Below are positions 1 to 12,048 of a stretch of 30,937 bases of DNA, one piece after another. Where the stretch lies: positions 1,876,057 through 1,906,993 of the forward strand of contig MU057930.1 of assembly GCA_013265495.1 (NCBI GenBank), read 5' to 3'. The notes beneath the pieces are model-generated. The model had not been told where the DNA came from. It saw only the letters and a list, made by a program, of their open reading frames with translations, and searched no databases. The stretch comes from Vicugna vicugna (lineage: Eukaryota). Made by a program: the position numbers and the translations under genes. The first letter of the stretch is position 1, and each line of letters begins with the position of its first letter.

Positions 1-54
1 GTGTTCACTTTCAAGCACACGCACTGTTTACAAACTGTACTGTTCGTAAGCGGT

Positions 55-2075
55 ACTTTAAAGCACCAGCATCACACACCAATACAGTCTTTGACCATAA
101 ATCAACAGACTTAGAAACCAACAGTTTCGAACACCCCATAGAAGTGTCAGAACACTTAAATATGTCTGCGTGTATGCGTGTATACCTTTAGGCTAAAGGA
201 AAGATACAAAATACTTGGAATTCAGTGATAATGTAGGCATCACATGTACAGATATGATGGGCTCAAAGAAATGTTTACATGGATAATTAAAACTTCAGAT
301 ACACTTACAAGATAATGAGAGAGAGTGGAAATAAATGAGCCACGGGGGCAAACAAACAAACAAAAATCCTCGAATAATAGGAACAATATAAACCCAAGTA
401 AATAATGAAATAATGTAAGACAGAGATAAGAGTAGAAGTCTGTGAAATAGGGAACAAGCAAACAGTTGAGCTAATTAGCAAAATGAAAGCTAGTTTACTG
501 AAAAGCTCAGTATTATAAGCAAACATCTGGTGAGACTGTTCAAGCAAAATCAAGAAATAATGAAAATAAATGAAATAAGAGCAAAATCAGTTCAAGTAAC
601 CCTAAATAAAATAACAATATGAAAATACAAAGTAAAACTTTAATGATATAGCACTGATGCTAGAAAAACCTAAATTTGAATAAATACTTGAGAAAATAAT
701 GATAAAGCTTGAACACAAATAAATAGATTTAAATAAATTAGCTAAACATTATTAATATTATGAAATAAATAAAGAGTCTCCCACATGAAAACTCAGCAGC
801 CAAGATCATTTTCAGGCAGTTTCTAGCAACTTTTTGTATTGACATTTTGTTCAGAAAATATATCATGAAAGGCAACAGCCAAACTATTTTTGTAAGATTA
901 GTTTACTAAGACAACAAAAGCACATAAGGACTTGCATGATGAGGAAACCAAATCTAGAAATCAAATCCGATTCAAATTCATATAAAATTATAAATCAAGT
1001 CCACTTATGAATGTGAAGGCAGACATCCCACATGAAATATTAACACCTAATCTAACAGAGCACGGGCAATTTTTGGAAAGTTCACGTTATGATCAAAACA
1101 GGGTTGTCTCAAAAATGCACTAACAGAAAAAAAGGTATTAGGTTATTAAACCACATGAATAGAAGAAAAAAGAGAAAAATCATTTAGTCAGCTGCAGAGA
1201 TGCCAAATAGTTTTTACAGTATTCAGTACCTATTTATAATTTAAAAAATTTTTAAACATGGAAGAAAGCTGGAAATTGAAGGTAATTTCCTTTAACTGAT
1301 AATAGCCATGTGCCAAAAATGTCTAGCCAACATCACACTTATTAAAGACGGTTAGACTCCTTTCCTGTAAGATCATGAACAAGGGTGTAAGTTTGCACTA
1401 ACACAGTTCAACACAGTGTGCTGAGTCAATGCCACAACTCAAGGAATAAAGGCGATGAAAAGTATAAATATTCAAAGAGAAAGGAGAAAATGGTCCCTGT
1501 ATGTAGATGTAGACAGTGTGATCATTGTTGTGCAAACCATGCACGTAGAGAAGATAATAGATAAGGTACTACAAATAATCGATACTCCAGAATGATTGCT
1601 CGATACATAATCCATGTACTAAAAGTCAAGACAGTCCTTTATACTGGCAGTAGGAAATGACATAGGAAAAAAGATAATATTTACCAAAAGAGCAAGTTAC
1701 TTAACAAATATTATTTAACAGCGCTAAAAGGAGGTCTGAATAAACGGTGAACTATGCCAGTTTACGGCGGAGGCAACATGAATTTGGAAAGGTATCCGTT
1801 CTTCCTACACTCATCTTTCCATTCAGTACAGCTCCCAACAAAGACAGTAGGTTTTTGCAGAATTTGACAAGTTGATTCTCAATTGTATGTGAAGGAACAG
1901 ATATCATCGACAAAGAGGAAAGAGAACACTGAAGAAGAAAAACACATTATGTGTTGTATGGGATTCACGTTTTCCTCTCCTGCAGGAGCAGAGCAGGAGG
2001 TGGACGGGACCAGACAGAGAAGCCGTAGGTTGTCCTCTGTGTACGCGGCGGACGTCCGGTGTTTTGACTGGGTTG
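55..2075 (+). mobile_element. Ancient degraded L1 (L1M/L1ME-like) ORF2 fragment, 5' part
   Basis: A-rich sequence with colinear degenerate ORF2 landmarks: tctttgaccataaat (SDHN region), aaagctagtttactgaaaag (KSWFFEK), tctagccaacatcacactta (PTANIILN), ttgcagaatttgacaagttgattctcaattgtatgtg. No intact frame. Confidence 0.8.
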
Positions 2076-2078
2076 TTC

Positions 2079-2390
2079 TCTGGCAGGCTATTTTTTCAGC
2101 CTTAATCTCTCAGAGTTCCACACTGGTCTCTGCCCTGAACCCACAGGGAGTCGGTCTTGCCCGCGGCTTCCCTTGGGTTTCAGCCAAGTGAGGTACCAGC
2201 AGGAAATCTGGATGGCAGAAGGAGGGAGTGGCCTGCATGGACAACCTCCAGCTCTCGCTGGCAGGTACGCCCAGTACAGCTTCAGTAGATATCCGTAACT
2301 TCACATCAGGGCTCCCTAACATGGTAGCTGCATTGCCCTGGGCTGGTTTTCCTATATCCTGCCCCTATTTTTTTCTATTATACTCCTTTT
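2079..2390 (-). mobile_element. ERVL-type solo LTR (LTR33-like), left part
   Basis: tctctgccctg...cttgcccgcggcttcccttgggtttcagccaagtgaggtaccagcaggaaatctggatggcagaaggagggag resembles the recalled LTR33 core. Confidence 0.55.
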
Positions 2391-3163
2391 CTTAAAAAAT
2401 TGAAGTCTAGTCAGTTACAATGTGTCCATTTCTGGTGTACAGCATAACGCTCCAGTCATGCATATACATACACATACTCATTTTCACATTCTTTTTCACC
2501 ATAGGTTACTATAAGATATTGAATAGAGTTCCCTGGGCTCTACTGTATAAACTTGTTGCTTATCTATTTTATATACAGTAGTTAGTACCTGCAAATCTCA
2601 AACTCCCAATTTATCCCTTCCCACCCTCTTCCCCTTCTGGTAAACGTAAGTTTGTTTTCTATGTCTGTGGGTCTGTTTCTTTGTAATAAGTTCATTTGTC
2701 TTTTTTTTTTTAATTCCACATATAAGTGATATCATAGGGTATTTTTCTTTCTCTTCCTGGCTTACTTTTACTTAGAATGACAATCTCCAGGTCCATCCAT
2801 GTTGCTGCAAATGGCATTATTTTACCCTTTTTAATGGCTGAGTAGTAGTCCATTGAATAAATATACCACAACTTCTTTATCCAGTCATCTGTTGATGGAC
2901 ACTTAGGTTGTTTCTATGTCTTGGCTACTGTAAATAGTGCTGCCTTGAACATTGGGGTGCATGAATCTTTTCAATTTAAAGTTCCCTCTGGATATATGCC
3001 CAGGAGCTGGATTGCTGGATCATGTGGTAAGTCTATTTTTAGTCTTTTGAGGAATCTCCATACTGTTTTACACAATAGCTGCACCAAACTGCATTCCCAC
3101 CACCAGTGTAGCAGTGTAGAAGGGTTCCCTTTTCTCCACACCCTCTCCGGCATTTATCATGTG
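2391..3163 (-). mobile_element. Young 5'-truncated L1 (3'UTR plus ORF2 C-terminus)
   Basis: Minus-strand frames give [14 protein letters not shown] and [38 protein letters not shown] (ORF2 Cys-rich end). Candidate TSD is tattatactcctttt (2376-2390) / taatacactcccttt (3164-3178), 12/15. Confidence 0.95.
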
Positions 3164-3220
3164 TAATACACTCCCTTTTGTGTGTGTTACCTTTCCCTAT
3201 CAGAACCCTGGCCGCCACCA
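3164..3220 (-). mobile_element. LTR33-like LTR, right remnant
   Basis: tgtgttacctttccctatcagaaccctggccgccacca resembles the LTR33 terminus (tgccatctgtttcctgccgggaccctgactgataca). Confidence 0.4.
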
Positions 3221-3600
3221 CAAATCACTGGGAAAGGATATATTGTGTATCTTATATGTTGAAACACTGGTTCACCATTTGGAGGAAAATAACATGAGAT
3301 CCCTACCTCACACCATATTAAAAAAATAAATTCTGCATAGGTTAGAAAACCATGTCTGAGCTCTAACAATGCTAAAAAAAAACATGCAGGAGAACAATTT
3401 TGTGATCTTGAGGTCAGCTGGGATTTTTTTCAGTATGTTCCACTTAGAGAAAGATGTAAGGGGGGGAAAATGTTGAGGGATCCTTGCTAGATCAAAACTA
3501 TTCATTTTTGTTTCAACAAAGGGCATCAGAAACGGTGGTGATGGATGGGAGAGAATTGGGACAAAGTGAGAAGGTATCTGTAATGTATAAAATGATCGAT
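3221..3600 (+). mobile_element. Ancient L1M ORF2 fragment, continuation of 55-2075
   Basis: caaatcactgggaaaggat...actggttcaccatttggaggaaaataacatgagatccctacctcacaccatattaaaaaaataaattc (LDPYLTPYTKINS-like) resumes the L1 consensus where the 5' part stopped. Confidence 0.75.
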
Positions 3601-3894
3601 GGTTGAGTTTTTAACCAGAGCACACTCACCTGTGTGCCTGGCACCGTGTGTGTCTTAGGTGGAGAACCACGACTTGGGGTCATGAAGGCTGGGGCAGCCT
3701 GAAGGAGACACAGCCGCCTGGCAGGCTCCTCCCGACCCGGGCAGCGTCTTCTGTTTACACCACTATAAATATTCTCAGTATGTAACGCGCCAACCCCTCA
3801 TCGCCTTCTCTTCCTGTCATAATAGGAAATAAAACTGAGACCTGGAGTAGATCGTAAAAGGGAGCCTAAAAAGACTGCAAGTCCAATGGAAGAT

Positions 3895-4260
3895 AATATG
3901 ATTAAGATGCTTTTGCTGAACAATACATTCTGAATATTTCCCCGTATCACTAAATATTATCCTATAATACAATTGTAATGGCTGGTATTCCATGCTTGTA
4001 CCATGGCTCAAATGACCTAACACATGCCAGCCTGTTAAACACTGTTGCATCCTTTTTTTTTTTCACAAGCACTCGGCAGTGAGAATCCATACACCTGCAT
4101 CCTTCTGCACGTGTCCAAGCATTTTCCTGAGGATAAAATTCTGTGTTGGGAAATGTCTCCCTGGCACACAGTCCGAGCAGTTGCCACCTAGTGCCATGTT
4201 CTCTCCCAGGAAGGCGAGGACAATCTGCAGATTGGCGAACCCTCCAGCACGGTGTGGCTG
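3895..4260 (-). mobile_element. Old L1 (L1ME-like) 3' fragment
   Basis: ttttgctgaacaatacattctgaatatttcccc...taatggctggtattccat...gcagtgagaatccatacacctgcatcctt...attttcctgaggataaaattct is the typical antisense L1ME 3' pattern. Confidence 0.6.
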
Positions 4261-5090
4261 GGTGGGCGTTTAACCCCGTCCATAGTTACCGGGGTTTTAT
4301 GAGACGGCAGAGGGGCTGATCCCGCAAAGCACAACAGCTATAGAGGAAACTCACGTCCTCCTTCCAAAGAGAACAGGAAGATGTGAGTTCACTGTTTATG
4401 CTAAAATGTATGTAGATTTAAGGAGTAATTAGCGTCAGCTGTGTTTGCATGCCTCGGTCCTCTGCAACGTCGAAGGTTCACAGGGACGAGCACAAGTCTT
4501 GCCTGTCCCCGGAGTCCTACTTGTGGTGGAAATAGAAAGGCCGCGCATCACCTAATGACAGGCAATCTCCCCCACAGACAGGGACGATCTTCAGGGTCAG
4601 AGGGGCAGAGAAGACATATTAGCAACCAGCTTCAGTGAACTCATCTGCCGATGTGTGATGGTGCCCGTCTGCAGGTACAAGCTAAGCAGACGAAGAGGTA
4701 CCCCTGGGTGTAGCCAGTCCTCCAACACAGTAGCTTCACAGACGCCTGCCTGCTTTTCAGCAAGGTCTTGATTTTGCCCTTATCGTTTGCCATACGCTAG
4801 AGAACATTACAGGATGACTGATGACAGGTGAAGGGCTCGCATCCCCGCCTAAAAGAGCGCTAATCACTTCATGGGTCTCAAACAACGGTGGTGGAGAGGT
4901 GAAGAAATCTGTCCATGAGGAGTACCCCTTGGCAAAAATGCATCTTACTCTTCCAAGATCCATTGAAAGGATTACCCCCCCACAACACACACAAAAACCA
5001 TAAAGCAAATACAACACAAAATCATGCACAAACACCCAAGATGGACAACTGTTTGGTATTAAAATGTTATAAAAAAAAAAACCTATTTGG

Positions 5091-5602
5091 ACAAGCAACC
5101 GAAATATCCATCAGCAGATGATTGGATAAAGAAGATGTGGTATATTTATACAATGGAATACTACTCAGCCATAAAAAAGAATGAACCACTGCCATTAGCA
5201 GCAACACAGATGGACCTAGAGATTATCCTACTGTGGGAAGTAAGTCAGACAGAGAAAGACAAATATTATATGACATCATTTATATCTGGAATCTAAAAAA
5301 TGATATAAACAAGTGAATTTAGATCCAAACCAGAAACAGACTCATAGACATAGAAGATAAATTTATGGTTACCAAAGGGGGAGGAAAAAATGAGGGGTAA
5401 GGGATTAATAGATAAAACTACTATACATAAAATAGATAAGGAACAATGATTTACTGTAGAGCTCAGGGAACTATATTCAATATCTTGTAATAACCTATAA
5501 AGGGAGATGAATGCGAAAAAATAAATACACGTGTAGCTGAATCACTTTGCTGTACACCTGAAGGTAACATGCTATTGTAAATCAGCTCCACTTCAATTTT
5601 TT
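5091..5602 (+). mobile_element. 5'-truncated L1 3' end
   Basis: Translates as KQPKYPSADDWIKKMWYIYTMEYYSAIKKNE (ORF2 end), followed by a cetartiodactyl-type 3'UTR. Candidate TSD is aaaaaacctatttgg (5076-5090) / aaaaaacccatgtgg (5603-5617), 13/15. Confidence 0.95.
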
Positions 5603-7669
5603 AAAAAACCCATGTGGCTGTTGTTGAATGCATGGCTTTCAATTTCTATAGCAAGTGTGATAAGAGGTTCTTAAAATATCCCCTATGTATTTTGTTCTAG
5701 AAATGTTCACCTTGTAACTGGATTTTGCCTCGGTCCCTCATTTAACAGTGTTGTCTTATTTTTACCATACTGAAATGCCACAAGAAGCCTTCTCAAATGG
5801 ACCAGAGTCCTCAGTGTGAATACGTTATTGTTGCTGTTAGTAAAAAAAAAAAAAAGAAGAAGCAGTGTCCACTGAAGCCAGACACTTACCTAAAGCTGAC
5901 ATGCTTTTGAAACCAAGCTTTCTTTGCGTTTCTGATTTTGTTCTTCAGCCTGGTCGCATTCAACTCTGCGGCTGGTGGCATTAATTCTGTCTCCCGCAGT
6001 CCTAATAAATCAGCGCGACTCCGCTCTCCCAGCTCTGTCTGTAAATCTGGCAACAATGATGCTAATTGTGCATGAAAAATATATTAAAACTGTAAATCAT
6101 CTCTGTTTTCCAGCAGGATGGGAGAAACCAATGTGAAGCAACGAATCAGACGTGCTTCTCTTTGGCTGTAGTTGGCCACAGGCCATGATATTAAAAGCAC
6201 AAAATTACAGCCTGTTTTTCATCAATTAGGCCTTATTGTTCGCTTCTGGAATCTAATCAAGAACATATAAAATGCATCAGCCATCCCACGGTAGGGCCCA
6301 CGGACTAATTTTGTTAATGGCGGTGGAAGAATCGTCTGCATGGTGGCCTTCAGAGTCTGCGGCGATGTGGGTGTTTCTGTACCAGTTGTACGTAAAAGGG
6401 CCACAGTGACTGTCTTTCTTGAAGTTTTCTTCCGGCTGTCATCACGGCTTGCAGAAGAAGGGCCTCGGGGAACTGTCTGTCACCTCCTCATGGCGAATGC
6501 TACATCCCGCTTCAGACTCCATGCAATTGTAAATAGATCATTTCTTCTACCAAGGATGAAGGATTCATCGTTTATTTTCAAATGTAGCTGCATTTATTTT
6601 TAAATATAGCTTTTATTCTTAAATGTAGCTACTTTGCTGCATTTGAGACGGTTTCTTGCGGCATCTCAGTATGGCAAAATACAACAGCACTGTTACCTGC
6701 AGGAGTGAGGTCATGCTTCCTTATATTCTTGCTCTACCTCCCCTATTTCAGACAACAGCAGTAAACAGCGTTTTATAACCCAGCTTGTCCCACTCTCCCC
6801 TCTTAATGCTCCATTTCTTGATAAACAAGCCAGGTCAAGCTAATCGTCAGATAGAGTAACCAACTGGTCATCTTGTTTGAAGGATGACCTGTCACTTCCT
6901 TGATGATCTTTGGAAATGAGCTGCCACAATCGAAACAAATATGTCTTTAGTGGTCAGAAATTTAGGCGGCGGGCCAGGAGAAGTGTAGGGGCAGATTACC
7001 TCTCTACAGAATAAATCAAATTACACCACTGAGATGTCGGCTGGGGCCAAATCAAGCAAGGGAACAAAGAGTGCGCAGTCTGCCTAATTCATCTCCAAAT
7101 GCAAATCACAGCTTGTCATCTGACTGTTTAAAAAAACGTTCCTTTCTGGGACTCGGGCTGTCAACAAGATAATTCCCAAAAAGGACAAATGAGCTCACAC
7201 ACGCAAACCACCTGCTGGGCTCTGTCTCTGCCTCCCTGTCCCGTTGGAGAGCCGGTGCACTTTGGTTCCAGCCTGCCTCCGCAGGACCTTATCCGCATCG
7301 CTCACACCGTTCTGGCCCTGCAGCGTTTCCCCAGCCCTCCGGCAGGTGGGGACCAGGAAGACCACCGGACCTGTACCCTGCACGGGACAGCCCCTCTCAA
7401 CGGTGGATGCAGGAAGTGCTGAGGTCCACAAACGTCAGCAGAGGGAGAAAAAGTGAACAAGAGAGATTAGAAACGCTCTGACTTCACGAACGTTTTGGGA
7501 ACATGCGTGTTCATCCACGAAGAACGCTGACTTGTTGAGAATATTAGACCTACCCATATGCTCTGCACGTCTACGACTTTTTGATGCTGGTGTGCACTGC
7601 TCTGCCATAAAGTGACATTAAGAATTAGATGACGGACAATCATGTGTTCCAGAAATTGCTGAGTGAAGC

Positions 7670-7816
7670 GGGGAGGGGTATGGCTCAGTGGCAGAGCACG
7701 CACTTAGCACGCACAAGGTGCTGGGTTCAACCCCCAGGACTTCCACTAAAAAAATAACAAAAGTAAAAACCTCCCTCCCCCCAGTAAAATAAAATAATTA
7801 AAAAAAAGAGAGAGAG
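7670..7816 (+). mobile_element. tRNA-Ala-derived SINE (camelid vic-1-like)
   Basis: ggggaggggtatggctcagtggcagagcacgcacttagcacgcacaaggtgctgggttcaacccccag has A/B boxes and a tRNA-Ala(AGC)-like body, then an A-rich tail. TSD is agaaattgctgagtga (7651-7666) / agaaattgttgaatga (7817-7832), 14/16. Confidence 0.9.
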
Positions 7817-8926
7817 AGAAATTGTTGAATGAGGTCAAGCTCCTATTCCAAGCCTTCCATTAGTGATCCAGGCCCCGTGCAGAGGGCTGGGGATGAAATG
7901 GGATATGTATATTTGTACGATCAGCTCTCACGTGCACCACACGTTGACCCAGGTATGGACGATGCTGATGTCTCTAAACAGTGAAAGGGTAGTGTCACTA
8001 CAAATCCCATTATCCTCACAGCAACCCTGCATCCAACACCCCAGCCCTGGGTGCACCTCTGACGCTGCGTGCCCATGCCTGACATACATTATTTAATAAT
8101 CTAATCATCTTGAACCTATAGGCAATATATCACCGATTGAGTGAAGGATCACGTGTGTCCGACAGGATCTCGGAGGTGGTGGGAAAATGAGGGAATGGGT
8201 CGGGAATTTGTCCACGGGGTGTCACAGGACATCCGACCACCAAAGCCTGGGGCAGGACCTGAACACAGACCTCGGCTCCTTGGTTCCCTCATGGTCAAGG
8301 AGTTTTAAGGAGGACTGAGTGTGCCCCCAGCTGCCATCTCTCATTTCCCACACCTCCAATCCATCATCTGCCGTTCAAATCGAAGAATCCAAGTTTGGAT
8401 TTGCCAGTAGCAGCGAGAGCATCAGATGGTTATGCTCCGTTGCTGGACAGGCTAGTGCCACAGAAGGGCCCTGACTGGCCGCAAACAGAGCCACGCTACA
8501 GAAGGCGGAGGCGGCGCCCTGTGGTCCGACGGGGAGAAACCAAGGCAGGCTCTCTGCCCTCAACGCTGGTCACAGCAAACTTGCCCCTGACCTTTGGGCA
8601 TTATTTGCCGGCATTTGCGTGCATGCCGTAAATGCATGCAGGCTACACTGCGCTTCATCCCACTAAGATACCCTAATTTACCTCCCATCTGTTCTTATAT
8701 TTCCTTTACTTCCTCTATCATGAATGCAAATGCTTAGCCCCCTAAAACCTCTAGGATCAAATTTAAAAGTCATTTTGTTAACATGGCTTGCTTGAGGTTG
8801 AGCCATTTGTTCAAAAGTTATGCACATTTTAAAACCTTCTTTTCATATATACTGCTATGTTACTTTTCAAAAGCCCCATGCTTTTCCATGTTTACAAAAA
8901 CATCTACCAAGAAAAGTCACTCATGC

Positions 8927-10225
8927 ACCATAAAACTCCTAGAAAAGAACACGGGCCAAACATTCTCTGACATAAATTGTAGCAATATTTTCTTAGATCA
9001 GTCTCCCAAGGCAAAATAAACAAAAGCAAAAATAAACAAATGGGCCCTAACCAAAGTTAAAAGTTTTTACACAGCATAGAAAACCATTCAAAAACAAACA
9101 AACAAACAAACAAACAAAAAGACAACCTACAGAATGGGAGAAAATATTTGTAAATGATGCAACCGACAAGGGGTTAATATCCAAAATATACAAATAGCTC
9201 ATAAAACTCAATATCAAAAAAAACAAACCCAATTAAAAAAAAAATGGGCAGAAGACCTAAATAGACATTTCTCTAAAGAAGACATACAGATAGTAACAGG
9301 CCCACGAAAAAAATGCTCAACATCTCTAATTACTAGAGAAACGCAGATCAAAACTACCATGAGGTGTCTCCTCACACCGGTCAGAATGGCCATCATCAAA
9401 AAGTCCACAAATGACAAATGCTGGAGAGGATGTGGAGAAAAGTGAACCCTCCTACACTGCTGGTGGGAATGTAAATTGGGGCAGCCACTATGGAGGACAG
9501 TATGGAGGTTCCTTAAAAAAATTGAAAGACAAATTTTCAAGAAAAGAAAAAAACCCTAAAGATAGATCTATCATATGATCCAAAAATCCCACTCCTGGGC
9601 ATATATCTAGAGAGACAAAAACTCTAATTTAAAAAGATCCATGCCCCCACCCCAGTATTGACAGCTGCACTACTTACAATAGCCAAAACATGGAAATGAC
9701 CTAAGTGTCCCATCAACAGACAACTGGTTTAACAATATGTGGTGTTTATACATTTAAACAATGGAATATTACTCGGCCATCAAAAAGAATGAAATATTGC
9801 CATTTCCTGCAACACAGATGGACCTGGAGAATATCACACGAAGTGAAGTTAAGCCAGAGAAAGACAAATCTTATATGGTATCATTTATATGTGGAATCTA
9901 AAAAATGATACAAGTGAATCTATAAACAAACCAGAAACAGACAGCTACAGAAAACAAATTTATGGTTACCGAAGGAGAAAGGGAGGTAGAGGAGGGATAC
10001 ATTAGGACTATGGGACTAACAGATACAAACTACTATATATAAAATAGATAAACAATTTAGACCTACCATACGGCACATGGAATTATATTCAGTATCTCTT
10101 GATAATCTGTAATGGAAAATAATCTAAAAACATACATATATATGTATGTGGGTATACATACACACATAGAACTGAATCACTTTGCTATGCATCTGAAACA
10201 CAATATTGTACTTCAATTATAAAAA
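8927..10225 (+). mobile_element. 5'-truncated L1, about 1.3 kb (ORF2 3' part plus 3'UTR)
   Basis: TIKLLEKNTGQTFSDINCSNIFLDQSPKAK, aaatgggcagaagacctaaatagacatttctctaaagaagacatacaga, and the Cys-rich region. Contains an internal (AAAC)n at about 9091-9118. Frameshifted. Confidence 0.96.
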
Positions 10226-10334
10226 CAGCCATGTGTGCACATTGTTTGGCACTGAATATTGTTTTACTAAGCCTTTGCTAATACTATAGGCGAAATGGTT
10301 TTTTCTTTTATTAAATCACATTTAATTACTCTTA

Positions 10335-10535
10335 ATAGAATGACACAGAGCCAGAAAGAGTTAGATCTGAATTCTGGTTTTCCCTTTTACAAACTGCATG
10401 ATTTAAATAAAGGATGAAGCACTCGTGGCTTCACTCTCCCCATTTGTGACATGGTATTTTGGAGTGCTATGAGGTGTACTCATGGATAGAAGATTCCCAA
10501 GCTTTAGTGCAATGCATGTGCTATAAAAACTCCCT
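10335..10535 (+). mobile_element. Diverged MIR
   Basis: gagccagaaagagttagatctgaattctgg...gcttcactctccccatttgtgacatgg...aagctttagtgcaatgcatgtgctataaaaactc is colinear with the MIR consensus. Confidence 0.55.
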
Positions 10536-10550
10536 CACTGGATGCCACTT

Positions 10551-11185
10551 AATATCATCCTCATGATCATCACCATCGCCATCAACATCCTCACCTCTGT
10601 CACTATCATGATCATTGTTACCATCATCACAGTCATTTTCACCATGACCACCAAAATTATCATCACAAAAACCATCATCTTCATTGATACCATCATCACC
10701 ACCACCATCATCACCACCATCACCCAATCATCACCTTCTCCATCATCACCACCATCATCATCACCATGACCACCATCACCACCATTATCACCACTAACAC
10801 CATCACTATCATTACCACCATCATCATTGCCATCATTATCATCACCACCATCATTATCATCACCATCATTACCATTATCACCGCCACCATCATTATCATC
10901 ACCATCACCACCATCAGCATCATCACCATCACAATTATCACCACCACCACCATCACTACTATGACCACCATCACCATCATCACCACCATCATCATCTTCA
11001 TTGTTATGACCACACCAACACCATAATCAGTATTGTCAAAATTATCATCATGATCAGCATCATCACCGTCATCATCACCACCATCATCACTGTTACCATC
11101 ATCATCTTCATCTTCTTCATTGCTGTCTTCACCATCATCAACACCATCATCACCATCTTTTTTTGTATCAACACCATCTTCAAAA
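10551..11185. repeat. Degenerate (CAT/CAC)n trinucleotide repeat, about 630 bp
   Basis: Continuous catcaccaccatcatcacc-type array; it is the source of the poly-I/T and poly-M/V pseudo-ORFs. Confidence 0.97.
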
Positions 11186-11607
11186 TCTACTGCTATCTCT
11201 ATTTATTCATCTATGGGTCGGTTGTGAACTTTGGCCACAGGGATGTTAGTGTTTTGTTTAAACTGATTTGATTTTAAAGATTAATTTAATAATCCCTTGT
11301 TGTTTGTCCATTAATGAAATTGCCTACAGATCCAATTCATAACCAGATCACCTTGGAGGTCACTCTGAAAAGCCACCCTGGGTGTACGCTCTATGGATCA
11401 TGGATTCCTTAATGATTTCATCATTTTTTCCTATTTTTTTCCCCTAATGGCAAAAAGGAGTATTTGTTTACACTTGGTTTAAAAATATTTCAGGTCTAAA
11501 ATTAGTCATATCATGAAATGTATGGTCCATATAGTCATATAATATGATAATCATTAATATATATTAACACATCTTTTCATGATGATATTATACAAAAGGT
11601 CTTTGTC

Positions 11608-11745
11608 AGCATCACCTTCAGGGTCATTAAAATGCTGATTCCTGGGGCTCACCCCCCAAATTAGTGAGCCAGGGCGGGGCCTGGATGGAGCCTGGGAAAG
11701 TGCATATGAGCAAGTTCCTGGTTAGTTGGGGAACAACTGCTCTGC
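11608..11745. mobile_element. MER5-like hAT-Charlie fragment
   Basis: gcatcacct...ttaaaatgctgattcctggggctcaccccc...ggatggagcctgggaaagtgcatatgagcaagttcctgg resembles MER5A/B. Confidence 0.55.
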
Positions 11746-11830
11746 AGCATGTAAGTCTGGGCTCTGTCATTCATGCCTGTGTGTTAACGAGCAGATTCCC
11801 CAATGACCTCATGAAGGTAGCCTTTTATAT

Positions 11831-12048
11831 CAAGGGTCGGCAGACTTTTTCCACCAAGGACAAGATAATACACAGTTTAGATTTTGAAGCCATGTGGCCT
11901 CTTTTGCAGCCATTCACCTCTGCCACTGTCGTGTGAGCTCAGCCACTGAAAACAGGCAAATGAATTGGCGTGGCTGTGTCCCAGGAACGTTTTTCACAAG
12001 ACGAGCAGCAAGACAGATTCAGCCTCTGAGTTACAGCATTCACTCCTG
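11831..12048 (-). mobile_element. MER58A-like hAT-Charlie MITE, full length
   Basis: Starts caagggtcggcagactttttc, contains aaatgaattggcgtggctgtgtccca and ends ...cactcctg. About 218 bp, colinear with the reverse complement of the recalled MER58A consensus. Confidence 0.85.

Noticed and set aside
2391..2410. Selective loss of the poly(A) signal in the gene-sense L1
   Set aside because: The antisense copy ending near 5600 has the same cttcaattttt end, so the feature is not orientation-specific.
6222..6603. Overlapping sense/antisense ORFs in the unique block as a hidden gene
   Set aside because: There is no recognisable protein similarity, and the extended minus frame has an in-frame TGA near 6480.
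8909..10240. TSD around the 1.3-kb L1
   Set aside because: The best flank match is only about 13/20, too weak to assert.
10521..11271. Poly-M/V, poly-I/T and D/G-rich ORFs
   Set aside because: They are translations of the (CAT/CAC)n repeat, with no splice or homology support.
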